DNA from: Nanobdellati archaeon
Lineage (GTDB): Archaea > EX4484-52 > WAPT01
Length of the DNA: 27,827 nt
Direction: 5' to 3'
Assembly (NCBI GenBank): GCA_015520605.1
Contig: WAPT01000026.1
Span: 1-27,827 of the forward strand
Below, one piece after another: positions 9,584-19,701 of this stretch. The notes beneath the pieces are model-generated. The model searched no databases, was not told where the DNA came from, and worked only from the letters and a program-made list of their open reading frames with translations. The first letter of the stretch is position 1; each line of letters opens with the position of its first letter. A program made the position numbers and the translations under genes.

Positions 9584-9891
9584 GGCATGAATTTTTTAAC
9601 ATGATACTTATATATTAATTTCATTATTCATTTATTTTTATTATTTTATTTCCTTTCAGTGTTGTATTGGATGCACTCGTTTACTATCTGCACGCGGTAA
9701 GGGTTGTTGACGAAAAATGAGACAATGGATTAAACATCGCGAGGAACGCCAAGAGGAATGGTGAAATGTCCTTGAAGTCAGAGATAAACACCGAGAGTAC
9801 GAACAGAAAGGATCACAGGGAGTGCAGATGGAACGGGTGTGTGAGGATCCCTTCGGGGTAGCGATGTAGTACCGGGGGGCCGTTCTCGGAT

Positions 9892-10824
9892 TCAGAGACA
9901 ACCATGCAAATTTAAGGACATATTTTTAATGTTCTTCAGTAATGGACGTACATTTTTCTCTTTGTGAACAAGATAACAGTAAATGGTCTTTTTCTTTACG
10001 TTATCTTCGGAAACCCAACCATAAAATGCATCTGCCCTTCCAGCCAAATACACCACCCCCGCCGTTTCCGGATCCACATACAATACCCCCCTCCTGTCTT
10101 TTGTTCTGTCTCCCGTAATGATCCTTGTTGTCTCCTCTGGAAGAAGAAACCCAACATTATATTTCGGGGCGTAAATCATAATATTTCTCTCCAATTCATA
10201 CGGGAGCTCGGAGAGCGTGAATCCTGTTCTTTGATTTTTTGATAATTCTTGATATATGTATTTAATCTTTTTTTCGAGCTCAAAATAAGATCGGTAGAAA
10301 CTTAAAAACTTATTTATGAAGTTGTTCAAATGATCCTTACTTTTGGGGGGGAGAAACCCGAATGGTATAAGATGAAACACTCCTCCTATGGCTGAATAAA
10401 TTTTCACATCCCTTACGGAATCCTGCTGTAAACACTCACCACATTTGAACATATGTGAGATTTTATGTGCTCTGTTTAGATTTTTCTCAGAATCGTAGGA
10501 CAAACTTACTTCGATCACATCACCGTACACAAATTCAATAATAATGGAAAGTGGTATAAACACAAGACCATCACGTATCTCGAGTTTGGGAGGTAAGCTC
10601 AACTCATAAATGAGCTCCTCTTGTTTCTTATGGACGGATATTAGTTCTTCCTCAAGAACATTCTTCCAGATTTCGCCGAGCAGAGCTTTTTCTGCTCTAT
10701 AACGTTCATCTATCATCACTCTCCTTTTCCTATCATCGTGTTGTTTCTGTTCTATAAGTCTGTCTGCCCTGAGAAAGTGTGTTTCTGTCATGTCATTACC
10801 CTTCATAAATGAAATTTCTGACAA
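9892..10824 (-). CDS. Hypothetical protein (orphan)
   Basis: 310-codon ORF co-directional with the Cas4-like gene. No motif recognised except one CxxC. Start uncertain (TTG in track; internal Met codons available). Confidence 0.65.
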   Translation of the reverse strand: MSEISFMKGNDMTETHFLRADRLIEQKQHDDRKRRVMIDERYRAEKALLGEIWKNVLEEELISVHKKQEELIYELSLPPKLEIRDGLVFIPLSIIIEFVYGDVIEVSLSYDSEKNLNRAHKISHMFKCGECLQQDSVRDVKIYSAIGGVFHLIPFGFLPPKSKDHLNNFINKFLSFYRSYFELEKKIKYIYQELSKNQRTGFTLSELPYELERNIMIYAPKYNVGFLLPEETTRIITGDRTKDRRGVLYVDPETAGVVYLAGRADAFYGWVSEDNVKKKTIYCYLVHKEKNVRPLLKNIKNMSLNLHGCL

Positions 10825-10849
10825 AATTTTTAAATTTCATCGCCTGCTG

Positions 10850-11422
10850 CTAACAAGAATTCCTGTTTTCGATCTTCTCGCAGAGGAATGAGTACTCACA
10901 AAAGTCGCAGAGGGGTGTTGGCTCCTTCTCAGGAACTCTCAGCTCTGTAAGCGCGCGGTAGAGTTTCTCGAACCTTGCGAGATCAACAAGAAACATGTCC
11001 GCATCGAACTCTATGCTGAACTCTTTCCTTCCATTTCCGTTTCTTTCAATGTAGATTAGCGTGCCTTCTTTCTTGCCAAAAAGACCGAGATAAAAGTTAA
11101 GCTGCCTGACATGAGTAAGATATGGTCTGTTTGGAATCCTTGTTGTGGTTTTTATCTCAATAATCCGTTCTCCGCTCACAAGGTCAGCTTTACCAAGCAC
11201 CGCAAAGTTCTCGTGAAGAAACATCGCTTCCTCTTCTGGCTTTGCTTCTTCATCTATCGTAGCGATCCACTCATTCTGAAAATTCTGGTGGATCGTCTTG
11301 CCCTCGATGACTTCGGGTTTTTTGGACACATTCTCCAACCTTCCCAGAACATGAAGGAAGTAAAGGTACCGTAAACACTTCCCCACCTCCGAAACCCTGA
11401 AGAACATCATTCGCTCCGTCAT
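10850..11422 (-). CDS. cas4: Solo Cas4-like PD-(D/E)xK nuclease with predicted Fe-S cluster
   Basis: N-terminal Cys (GKCLR), GKTIH, GKADL..IIEIKT, QLNFY (QxxxY) and C-terminal CDFCEYSFLC. No array or cas1/cas2 in the window. Confidence 0.85.
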   Translation of the reverse strand: MTERMMFFRVSEVGKCLRYLYFLHVLGRLENVSKKPEVIEGKTIHQNFQNEWIATIDEEAKPEEEAMFLHENFAVLGKADLVSGERIIEIKTTTRIPNRPYLTHVRQLNFYLGLFGKKEGTLIYIERNGNGRKEFSIEFDADMFLVDLARFEKLYRALTELRVPEKEPTPLCDFCEYSFLCEKIENRNSC

Positions 11423-11488
11423 GAGGAAAAATTTTGCGGGAAAAATAATAAGAATTAAAGCTTTCAGAAGCGAAGTTAAGAAATATCT

Positions 11489-14212
11489 TCAGAGCTTCCC
11501 TACCAAGGCTAGGATGTCTTTGGCTCTACCCCCTCCTATCCACACGTTTCTGCCAGGCTTCATCCTGATCGCTAATCTGGACTCCAGCAACTCCCTGAGT
11601 CTCATGGCAGCATTCCTACTCTCATCGTTGTAGCTCACAACGATCTGAGCTCCTTTACCGCACGAGTTCACGACCACAACGGGTACTTGAGAGTTTTTGG
11701 CTTTTTCGCTCGCCATCCCCAAGATATCTCTGAGTTCCTGCCCTTCCGTTTTTATCAGCATGAATCTTATCCCATCCATCTCCTTTTCTTCGCCTTCAAG
11801 CGTTTCGACAAGTACCTGATTAAGCCTTGCCTTCAACTCTTCTATTTCCTTTCTCTGACCCTTCCACTCGTCGAAGAACCTCCTAACTGCTCTGGGCAGA
11901 TGAGGCGGTGTAACATCAAGTACAGCACAACTCTCCCTAATGTACGATTCCATCTTTCTTAAGTGCTCAAGAAGGCTCAGTCCGGCAACGAACTCGAGTC
12001 TCACAACTCCGTCCTGAATTTTTGAAGTGCCGATTATTTTTATCGGTCCGACCTCAGCCGTTGATCTCACGTGCGTTCCACCACAGGCCTGAACATCAAA
12101 ATCATCTATTTTTATTATTCTGAGCTCTCTTCCGGGCACGGCTCCGCCCTGATATATTATGAAGCCGAACTCCCTCTCAGCGTCATTTCTGTGCATGAGC
12201 TTGCTCTCAACTGGGAGGTTTAGCATGACTATCCTGTTCGCTTCCTCCTCAATCCTTCTGATGGTTTCTTCGTCGAGCGCCTCGTAATGAGTAATGTCCA
12301 ACCTTGCCTTCTCCGGCCGCTTCTCGGCTCCGGCCTGCCACACATGCCTTCCGAGAATCTCCCTGGCCGCTCCTCCTATTATGTGGGTTGCCGTGTGAAG
12401 CTGTGTGAGTTTTATCCTCCTTTCCATATCTATTTTTCCCTCTACCTCCATACCTTCCCTAAACTTGCTCCCATCTTCCACCTCATGCACGATGACCCTT
12501 CCGACCTTAAAAACATCAATAACCTTCACGCCATCGAGCCACCCAACATCGTGCAGCTGTCCTCCGCTTGTCGGGTAAAAGGCCGTTGCATCCAAAACGA
12601 TATAGTTTCCGTGTGCTTTCACCACCCTCGCTCTGAACTCAAGGAGGCGGTAATCATCATGATAGAGTATTCTGGTTGGAGGTAACTCGCCAACATTGAA
12701 TTCGAGCTTTCTCTTCTCTTCCTTTCTTTTCTTCTCAAGTTCCTTTCTTCTTGCTTCAGCATGCTTTGCGGCAAGCCTCGTATAGAAATCCTTGGGAACA
12801 GCATCAATTATCCCTTCTTTTACCAGCATTTCCGGAGAGATACCCCTGCTATCATACAGCTCCACGAGCTTTTCTTCGGTCAGCTCCTCCTTTTTCAGCC
12901 TGCTCACAATCTCTCTGACCATCCTTTTGGTGGACTTGTATTTTTTCCTCTCCGCATCGAAAATTCTGACAACGTGTTCCACAACCTCCTCAAGCTCGGG
13001 GTACTGAGGTTTCATGTAGGACGCATGAGCTTCCAGCACCTTTTCAAGGTCAAATGCCCAGCTGTACTCCTCCATAAGGTCGAAGACCCTTCTCATTATA
13101 ACGCGCAGGTTATAGCCTCCGCCAACATTTGAAGGAAGTGCTCCATCCCCTATAGCGAAGAGCAGACTTCTGGTATGATCAGCTATGGCGTAAATGGCTG
13201 CTGCTGGCAGTATCGCTTCCTTCAGCGTCTCCACATCAATACCGATCTTTTCAGCTATGAAGTTCCACGCCTTCTTAACATCTTCCAGCTCATCAACGTT
13301 CAGTATGCCAGAATACGGCAAAAATGCCTCGATTATGTCATGCTGCGGCTTAATGCCTGTGAGTCTGTAAAGCAGTTCAACAACCTCTGGCATATTGGCT
13401 TCATAGCTCGTTGATGTTGCAAGAGTGAGCCATGCGCATCTCTCCTGCCCCATGCCCATGTCGAGAACCTTTATCGGCAGCTCCTTTATGTTACCATCCC
13501 TTATATCGAACATCATGTAAACCTGATTTCCTATTTCAAGCGAGCGGGAGAAAAACTCCATGCTCGGTCCCAGGTTTCCCCCGCCGGCCCACGCATCCTC
13601 GTGGAAAGTTATCTCTTCCTTTGGTAGCTTAAGGCCCTTTCTCAGCCATGTGTAGATATCAGCAAGGTACTTCTCATGATCGTACTTCTCGGCAGGAACG
13701 AAAGCATGCTGGCCTATCATTACGAAGCCTGTGTAATGCCTGCCCGTTATCCCCACGTTCTCTATGTCTGTAAAGCGCAGGCAGAACTGAGGCACCACGA
13801 GCGGATTGGCCGGAGGTTCAACCTCTCCACTTACCACGTGCGGCTGGAAGTCCGCTATGCTTGCGATCACAAAGTCCAGATCGTCACGCCATCTTGCAAC
13901 AACCGGGTAACGGTTTATGGGAGTGTAACCGAGCTTTTCAAATAATTTTGCAAACTCCTGCCATACATTTATGAAGTCCATCCTTGCAGGAGAGGGACTG
14001 TTACCTATAAAAGAATAAAATCCGGTGCAGTTGGGATCATCACACACTTCTCTGTTCTCATCCGTAGTCCAGAAGAACGTTCCGCATTTTTTGCATTGCC
14101 TCCTCACGAAACCCTCACTCTCCAGTAACCCAATAGGGTAATATTTTTCAGGGTTTTTCTGTGCTTTCTTCTTAAACTCCTGCTTGATCCTTTTTTCATC
14201 CACATCGCTCAT
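11489..14212 (-). CDS. alaS: Alanine--tRNA ligase, archaeal type
   Basis: CKKCGTFFWT, RYPVVARWRDD, ASIADFQP, DHTR, editing-domain HTATH and CGGTH. ATG 14212 preferred to GTG 14278. Confidence 0.97.
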   Translation of the reverse strand: MSDVDEKRIKQEFKKKAQKNPEKYYPIGLLESEGFVRRQCKKCGTFFWTTDENREVCDDPNCTGFYSFIGNSPSPARMDFINVWQEFAKLFEKLGYTPINRYPVVARWRDDLDFVIASIADFQPHVVSGEVEPPANPLVVPQFCLRFTDIENVGITGRHYTGFVMIGQHAFVPAEKYDHEKYLADIYTWLRKGLKLPKEEITFHEDAWAGGGNLGPSMEFFSRSLEIGNQVYMMFDIRDGNIKELPIKVLDMGMGQERCAWLTLATSTSYEANMPEVVELLYRLTGIKPQHDIIEAFLPYSGILNVDELEDVKKAWNFIAEKIGIDVETLKEAILPAAAIYAIADHTRSLLFAIGDGALPSNVGGGYNLRVIMRRVFDLMEEYSWAFDLEKVLEAHASYMKPQYPELEEVVEHVVRIFDAERKKYKSTKRMVREIVSRLKKEELTEEKLVELYDSRGISPEMLVKEGIIDAVPKDFYTRLAAKHAEARRKELEKKRKEEKRKLEFNVGELPPTRILYHDDYRLLEFRARVVKAHGNYIVLDATAFYPTSGGQLHDVGWLDGVKVIDVFKVGRVIVHEVEDGSKFREGMEVEGKIDMERRIKLTQLHTATHIIGGAAREILGRHVWQAGAEKRPEKARLDITHYEALDEETIRRIEEEANRIVMLNLPVESKLMHRNDAEREFGFIIYQGGAVPGRELRIIKIDDFDVQACGGTHVRSTAEVGPIKIIGTSKIQDGVVRLEFVAGLSLLEHLRKMESYIRESCAVLDVTPPHLPRAVRRFFDEWKGQRKEIEELKARLNQVLVETLEGEEKEMDGIRFMLIKTEGQELRDILGMASEKAKNSQVPVVVVNSCGKGAQIVVSYNDESRNAAMRLRELLESRLAIRMKPGRNVWIGGGRAKDILALVGKL

Positions 14213-14279
14213 GTTCTTGAGATGAGCAAAAAACTTTTTTATTTGTTGATCTGAGAATGTGAGGTGGGAGCTTGCCACA

Positions 14280-15059
14280 TCATAGGAGAAAGTTCAGCAA
14301 AAATTTGTAAATGAAAAAAAGAGTAACAAAATTCGTTACCGTGCTGACCGCCGCATCAAATGTTTGCGGTCTGTCAGAGCTCAGGCTTTTGATAACATTT
14401 ATCCCGTGTTTTAAAAATAGTGCTAGCCCCATTCCGAAAAATATGTTCATACCTAATCGTGAGGTCATCCACCCGATCGCTCCCACCATCCCGTCAAGAA
14501 ACGACCCTATTCCTAAAGGAATCGGTCCCTCCTCGGGATCCGTTCTCTCCCGCCACAAGAAGAACTTGAGCGGCTGTATAAGAAAACCCGGAAGGAAAAA
14601 TGCAAGAACAACACCGATAGGGAAACCGAACTTATAGCCAAGAAAATAGGTTGCCGATGTTGTTAGCTCAAGTCCGGGAATCCCGAAAATGGCAAGCTCG
14701 CATTTCTCAAAGTACATGATAAATATGCAAAACCCTAGCATGCGATCTATAAGAAATGCTATGGAGGATATGAGGAGCATGATGGGTGTGCGCAGTTTTC
14801 TAACTCTTTTTTCCATCTCATCATCGCTATCGCTTCCGGGGTAGATTGGACTTTCGAGTGTTTTTTTGTTTTCCACTCCTTCATACATAGGTATTCCGGA
14901 CTCATGGCACATAGCGGTAAGAGCATGCTCGGTGCCAACACCGCCCCGAGAGCCACCACCACAATCAAGTTCGGTTTCACTTTTTTGCTGAGTATCGCTG
15001 CTATTACTGCGGAGACTCCGCTGGTCATTGTCTTCAGATTCGTTCCACTCCGAGACCAT
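14280..15059 (-). CDS. Hypothetical multi-pass membrane protein
   Basis: About 5 hydrophobic segments in the C-terminal ~170 aa and an acidic low-complexity N-terminus. Start uncertain. Confidence 0.7.
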   Translation of the reverse strand: MVSEWNESEDNDQRSLRSNSSDTQQKSETELDCGGGSRGGVGTEHALTAMCHESGIPMYEGVENKKTLESPIYPGSDSDDEMEKRVRKLRTPIMLLISSIAFLIDRMLGFCIFIMYFEKCELAIFGIPGLELTTSATYFLGYKFGFPIGVVLAFFLPGFLIQPLKFFLWRERTDPEEGPIPLGIGSFLDGMVGAIGWMTSRLGMNIFFGMGLALFLKHGINVIKSLSSDRPQTFDAAVSTVTNFVTLFFIYKFLLNFLL

Positions 15060-15291
15060 CCGTAAAAAATTTGTGGAAACATCCTTATTAAATTTTGGGA
15101 GAGTCCTAGAGTGTTCCTTAAAGAATTTAAAACATTAAGCGGTGCAATTTTTATGGTAAATGCAAAATTAAGGAAGGTTTACAGATAGATAAGAGGGACC
15201 TTCTGTGGAATAAAGTCACACATAAGTGCTGAGCCCTTCACTCATTATCGTACGAAATGTTACCGAACTGAACAACTATGGAGAAAGAAAA

Positions 15292-15531
15292 ATGACCAAG
15301 GTCCGATACTATTTTTCCTCCCGCCCAGAGAAAACGCTCCGAGAAATCACAGAGTTGGCTGGAAATTGTTGCTTAAGGCTAGATAAAAAAATATGCGGAA
15401 ACATTTTTGAGAGGAGGGTAGTTGCATTCAGATATAACGACCAAGAGATCTTCCCCAGGTCATCAATCAACATAATTTATCAAAAAATCAAAGAACGATT
15501 CCCTCAAAACAAGGTTCTTTTAAGCCGATAA
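15292..15531 (+). CDS. Small hypothetical protein
   Basis: ORF filling the gap before hisS (track starts at 15226; ATG 15292 used). No motif recognised. Confidence 0.4.
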   Translation: MTKVRYYFSSRPEKTLREITELAGNCCLRLDKKICGNIFERRVVAFRYNDQEIFPRSSINIIYQKIKERFPQNKVLLSR

Positions 15532-15540
15532 ACCGGTTTG

Positions 15541-15550
15541 ATATTTAAAT
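15541..15550 (+). promoter_or_regulatory. Putative TATA box for leaderless hisS-rnz transcript
   Basis: ATATTTAAAT about 25 nt upstream of the hisS ATG, with no SD sequence in between. Confidence 0.45.
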
Positions 15551-15571
15551 GTTCGATTTACTCTTCTGAGT

Positions 15572-16855
15572 ATGCCCGAAAACAGGTTTCAGCCACCAAA
15601 AGGAATGAGGGATATCTATCCGGAAGAGATGGCTGCAAGACAGGCTATCTTCTCTAAAATTCGGGAGATAATGAAGCTTTATTCTTTCAGAGAGGTTGAG
15701 CCGACCAAAATAGAACATTTTGAGACTCTCGCTGCCAAGTCGGGCGAGGAGATAGAAAAGGAAATATATACATTTGAGGATAAAGCCGGCAGAAAGCTCG
15801 GGTTGAGGTTTGATCTTACAGTCGGTATGGCAAGAATGGTTGCAAGCTCCGCCTATCCATTGCCTGTAAGATGGTTTTGCATAGCAGACATGTTCAGGTA
15901 TGAAGCACCGCAAAAGGGCAGGTACAGAGCGTTCTGGCAATGGGATGCTGAAATTTTTGGCTCTTCCAGCATTTTCGCTGATGCTGAATGCATAGCTCTT
16001 GGTTGTGATGCAATGAGCGCTTTCGACATAGAATTTGAGGTGAGGATGAGCAACAGGAAGCTTGTGGAAGGGATAATGAGAGTGGTGGGTATCCCTAAGA
16101 ACAAAATACTTGATGCTTTCAGGTGTGTGGATAAGTTACAGAAAATTGGAAAGGAAAACGTGCTCATCGAGATGGAAAAACGGGGGATAGATCCCGAAAA
16201 AGGAGAGAAAGTGCTTGATGCTCTCAAAATAAGTGGCACGTACAAGGATGTTGAGGAAAGCGTGAAGAGTCTTAACAACTCCGATGACCCCCTAATTCCC
16301 GAAGCTCTCAAAGAGATGTGCATGCTCGATAAAGCTCTGAAGTTCTTTGGTGTTGATAAGCACTGCACCTTCGATCTTTCCATCGTGCGGGGGCTTGACT
16401 ACTACACAGGCATAGTGTTTGAAGGCTACGCCACTAACAGAAAGGTGCTTGGAAGCGCGCTGTTTGGTGGCGGAAGATATGATGGACTTGTTGGGCGGTA
16501 TGGTAAGGATGTGCCTGCGGTTGGACTGGCTGGCGGTGTTGAAAGGCTCATGGAAGTTTTAAAAGCTGAGGGTAAGTTACCATCAGTAACCACAGCCCCG
16601 GACTACTTTGTAGCTTTCGTGACTCCTGAATTGATGGATGTGTGTGCATCCATAGCCTCAAAGCTCAGAAAAAGGGGTATGGCAGCAGAGATGGAACTCA
16701 TGGACAGGAGCCTCTCCAAACAGTTAAAGCGCGCATCACGCATAGGCGCAAAGAAGGTGATAATAGTAGGTCCAAAGGAGCTTGAGAAGGACAAGGTCAA
16801 AGTGAGAGATATGGAGAGCGGTGAGGAAGTGCTTGTGGAGGTGAATAACCTGTGA
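15572..16855 (+). CDS. hisS: Histidine--tRNA ligase
   Basis: PKGMRD, LRFDLT, FRYEAPQKGRYRAFWQ, RGLDYYTG, GGGRYD and the C-terminal anticodon-binding domain. Confidence 0.98.
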   Translation: MPENRFQPPKGMRDIYPEEMAARQAIFSKIREIMKLYSFREVEPTKIEHFETLAAKSGEEIEKEIYTFEDKAGRKLGLRFDLTVGMARMVASSAYPLPVRWFCIADMFRYEAPQKGRYRAFWQWDAEIFGSSSIFADAECIALGCDAMSAFDIEFEVRMSNRKLVEGIMRVVGIPKNKILDAFRCVDKLQKIGKENVLIEMEKRGIDPEKGEKVLDALKISGTYKDVEESVKSLNNSDDPLIPEALKEMCMLDKALKFFGVDKHCTFDLSIVRGLDYYTGIVFEGYATNRKVLGSALFGGGRYDGLVGRYGKDVPAVGLAGGVERLMEVLKAEGKLPSVTTAPDYFVAFVTPELMDVCASIASKLRKRGMAAEMELMDRSLSKQLKRASRIGAKKVIIVGPKELEKDKVKVRDMESGEEVLVEVNNL

Positions 16856-17775
16856 TAACCATCTACTTTCTTGGCACAAGTGCAGGTATTCCTACAAAAG
16901 AGCGCAACCTTCCCGCCATTCTTCTGAAGTACAACGAAGACAGGATTCTGTTCGACTGTGGAGAGGGTACACAGAGGCAGTTGATGATCAAAAACCTGAA
17001 GTTCATGAGGATCAAGGCGATATTCATAACACACTGGCACGCTGATCACTTTGCTGGGCTTCCCGGCTTGATTCAGACTATGGCGATGGAGGGAAGAAAA
17101 AAGCCACTCTACATTTATGGTCCGGAAGGTACTGTGGAATTTGTTGAAAAGCTCCTTAGCATAGGTTATTTTGAGAGAGAATTTCCCATCATCGCTGAAG
17201 ATCTGAAACCCGGCGATAGGGTTGAGTTCAAGGACTACTACGTTGAAGCATTCAAAACATACCACGGAATCCCATCGCTCGGATACATTTTTCAGGAAAG
17301 AGATAAACTAAAGGCGAACATGGAAAAGGCAAGAAAGTTCGGACTGATATCCGGCCCGCTGATAGGTAAGCTAAAAAAAGGAGAAGAGATCGTGTACAAA
17401 GGGCACAGGATAAAGCCAGAAGATATCGTGGAAGTTGTGAAGGGTAAGAAGATCGTTTACACAGGCGATACAGGCTACAGAAAATCTCTTTTGAAGCCAT
17501 GCAAAGATGCTGATGTTCTGATCTGTGACAGCACGTTTTGCTCGGATTTTGAGGAGAGAGCGCACACATTCTATCACATGACCTCAAAACAGGCTGCGAT
17601 GCTTGCTAAGGAAGCCAATGCAAAGCTTCTTATACTCACTCACATAAGCAGAAGGTATCAGAAGAATGATAAAGAAGATAGAAAGTACACAACCGAGAAG
17701 CTCTTGAGGGAATCGAATGAAATCTTTCCCAATACCATCCTTGCCGAGGATTTCATGGAATTAGATATCAAATGA
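16852..17775 (+). CDS. rnz: Ribonuclease Z (tRNA 3'-processing)
   Basis: FLGTSAGIPT, DCGEGTQRQ, HWHADH, exosite GPLIGKLKKG, YTGDT, THISRRY. GTGA overlap with hisS; SD GGAGGTGA upstream. Confidence 0.97.
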   Translation: MITIYFLGTSAGIPTKERNLPAILLKYNEDRILFDCGEGTQRQLMIKNLKFMRIKAIFITHWHADHFAGLPGLIQTMAMEGRKKPLYIYGPEGTVEFVEKLLSIGYFEREFPIIAEDLKPGDRVEFKDYYVEAFKTYHGIPSLGYIFQERDKLKANMEKARKFGLISGPLIGKLKKGEEIVYKGHRIKPEDIVEVVKGKKIVYTGDTGYRKSLLKPCKDADVLICDSTFCSDFEERAHTFYHMTSKQAAMLAKEANAKLLILTHISRRYQKNDKEDRKYTTEKLLRESNEIFPNTILAEDFMELDIK

Positions 17776-18062
17776 AACTGCGGCAGGGTAAAAAATATTG
17801 AATAAACATCAGTCCGATAGATGTTTTGAAGGAGATTATGTTGCTTTTCCTCGGTTCAGTCAAATTTAACTGCGCACACGAGTCAACGATTATGGGAATC
17901 CTTCAGTTGGTTACGGCTGCGCGTATCGGCTCGTAGAAAATATGCTCCCACCGCGATGCTGGTAGCTGAATTAATTTAAAATTTAAAAACAGCACCATTC
18001 TTTGTCCCATTATAATTACCTGAATACAGGTCATCGGTTCAAAAATCCCGGAGGTGGTGGAA

Positions 18063-18980
18063 ATGCTGCATGTCTTCGGCCACAAAAGCCCGGATACTGA
18101 TTCAATATGTTCCGCGATAGCTTACGCTTATCTTAAGAACCAGGTGGGTGAGGAGGCAAAAGCTTTTAGGTTAGGTGAAACCAACAACGAGACGAAGCTT
18201 GTGCTCGGAAGGTTTGAAATGGATGCCCCTCCTCTACTGAAAAGTGTCGCCGGCAAGGATGTTGTTCTTGTGGATCATAATGAGTTTGAACAGAGCGCTG
18301 ATGACATAGAGAAAGCAAACATAGTGGAAGTCATAGATCATCACAAAATTAAATTCAGCTGGGATAAGCCCATCTACATGCTTGTCATGCCGGTGGGGAG
18401 TACTGCCACCATCATAGCAAAGAAGTTCATATGGAAAGGTGTAAAGATACCACAAGAGATAGCTGGGATATTGCTCTCCGCTATACTTTCCGATACGGTC
18501 ATTTTCAAATCCCCAACCACCACAGAGGAGGACAGGGAAGTTGCGAGGGAGCTCGCCAAGATTGCCGAAATTGAGGACATTGAGGCGTGGGGTGTGGAGA
18601 TGTTCAAAGCAAAATCAGCGATAAGTGAGAAAAGCGCGAGAGAGATGATATACAATGATTACAAGACCTACGACTTCAGCGGCAGAAAAGTGCTCATAGG
18701 TCAACTCGAGGTGGTGGATGATGGCGAAGTCCTCAAAAGAAAGGAGGAAATTATGGAGGAGATGAAAAAAGTCAAAGAGGAAGAGGGTTTATTCGCTGTG
18801 CTTTTGCTCGTGACGGACATAATGAAGGAAGGTTCGACCGCATTGCTTGTAGCTGATGATGTCAAACCATTCGAGATGGCTTTCAATGTGAAGTTTGAGA
18901 ACGGACAGGCATGGCTTGTGGGGGTGATGTCACGAAAGAAGCAGGTCGTACCACCGTTAGAATGTGTGTTCAAAAATTGA
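18063..18980 (+). CDS. ppaC: Manganese-dependent inorganic pyrophosphatase (family II, DHH)
   Basis: GHKSPDTDS, LVDHNE, IDHH, SDT, SRKKQ. SD GGAGGTG at 18050-18056 favours ATG 18063. Confidence 0.97.
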   Translation: MLHVFGHKSPDTDSICSAIAYAYLKNQVGEEAKAFRLGETNNETKLVLGRFEMDAPPLLKSVAGKDVVLVDHNEFEQSADDIEKANIVEVIDHHKIKFSWDKPIYMLVMPVGSTATIIAKKFIWKGVKIPQEIAGILLSAILSDTVIFKSPTTTEEDREVARELAKIAEIEDIEAWGVEMFKAKSAISEKSAREMIYNDYKTYDFSGRKVLIGQLEVVDDGEVLKRKEEIMEEMKKVKEEEGLFAVLLLVTDIMKEGSTALLVADDVKPFEMAFNVKFENGQAWLVGVMSRKKQVVPPLECVFKN

Positions 18981-19166
18981 AAACTGCTAAAAGAGGCGAA
19001 AAGACTGTGCCGGAAAAGGGAAGAGAGGAAAAGAAAAACACATATGCTATGAGAATGACCGGCTTTTAAACGAGTCAGAAGCAACACCATTCAATAAATA
19101 CAATATCTCCAATATTCCGTAAACCCAAACGACAATAGGCTTTTCGATAAGGAGAAGGTGATTCAC

Positions 19167-19658
19167 GTGCAGAAACTCGTTCCCAGGAAGTGCTTTTTGA
19201 CCAGAGGTGTTGGCGTGCATGAGAAAAGACTCGTGTCCTTTGAGCTTGCCCTGAGAGATGCGGGGATCGAGAGATTCAACCTCGTGCCAGTATCGAGCAT
19301 AATTCCCTGGGGATGTGAGATTGTGAGCAGAGAAGAAGGCCTTGAGGAACTTAACGATGGTGAGGTCGTGTTTGTTGTCATGGCACGGAAGGAAAGCGAT
19401 AAAAACGAAGAGATAGCAAGTGCCGTTGGTTATGCACGGCCCAGAGCAGAAGAAAAACACGGGTACATCGCCGAGTACTCCGCGAGTAACTGTGATGCTG
19501 AAACGGCCAAGAGAGAAGCGGTTGATATGGCCGTGAAAATGCTGAAGGCTAAACTTTCGGATGTAAAGGATCTTGAGATGGGTGGCATGGCCGTAAGCGC
19601 AAAAGCAAGGGAAGGAGAATACACCACGGTTATCGCTGTAGCTGTGTTTGTAATTTGA
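19167..19658 (+). CDS. pdaD: Pyruvoyl-dependent arginine decarboxylase
   Basis: SFELALRDAGIERFNLVPVSSIIP with the Ser-Ser autocleavage site, and GYIAEY. AGGTGA SD suggests GTG 19167 (track start 19158). Confidence 0.95.
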   Translation: MQKLVPRKCFLTRGVGVHEKRLVSFELALRDAGIERFNLVPVSSIIPWGCEIVSREEGLEELNDGEVVFVVMARKESDKNEEIASAVGYARPRAEEKHGYIAEYSASNCDAETAKREAVDMAVKMLKAKLSDVKDLEMGGMAVSAKAREGEYTTVIAVAVFVI

Positions 19659-19681
19659 AAGGTTAAAGACGGTAATAATCA

Positions 19682-19699
19682 CCGGGCCTCCAAGCCCGG
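19682..19699 (+). terminator. GC-rich hairpin between pdaD and tRNA-Met
   Basis: CCGGGC-CTCCAA-GCCCGG perfect 6-bp stem. Terminator role is an inference. Confidence 0.35.
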
Positions 19700-19701
19700 A
19701 T

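Noticed and set aside
9584-11488. CRISPR array or cas operon near the Cas4-like gene
   Set aside because: No regularly spaced direct repeats and no cas1/cas2 or effector genes are visible in the window.
15530-15539. Palindrome AAACCGGTTT beside the hisS TATA box
   Set aside because: A single 10-bp palindrome is expected by chance in a window this size, and no second copy was noticed.
11687-17587. Numerous 60-220 aa antisense or nested ORFs inside alaS, hisS and rnz (and likewise inside ppaC, pdaD and the giant gene)
   Set aside because: They overlap well-supported genes and show the Ser/Phe/Leu-rich composition expected from the reverse strand of Lys/Glu-rich coding sequence.
17776-18049. 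Fluoride or Mn riboswitch upstream of ppaC
   Set aside because: Only a weak stem (TTCAGTTG/TAGCTGAA) is seen and the conserved riboswitch motifs are not recognisable. The 60-aa minus-strand ORF here also looks spurious.
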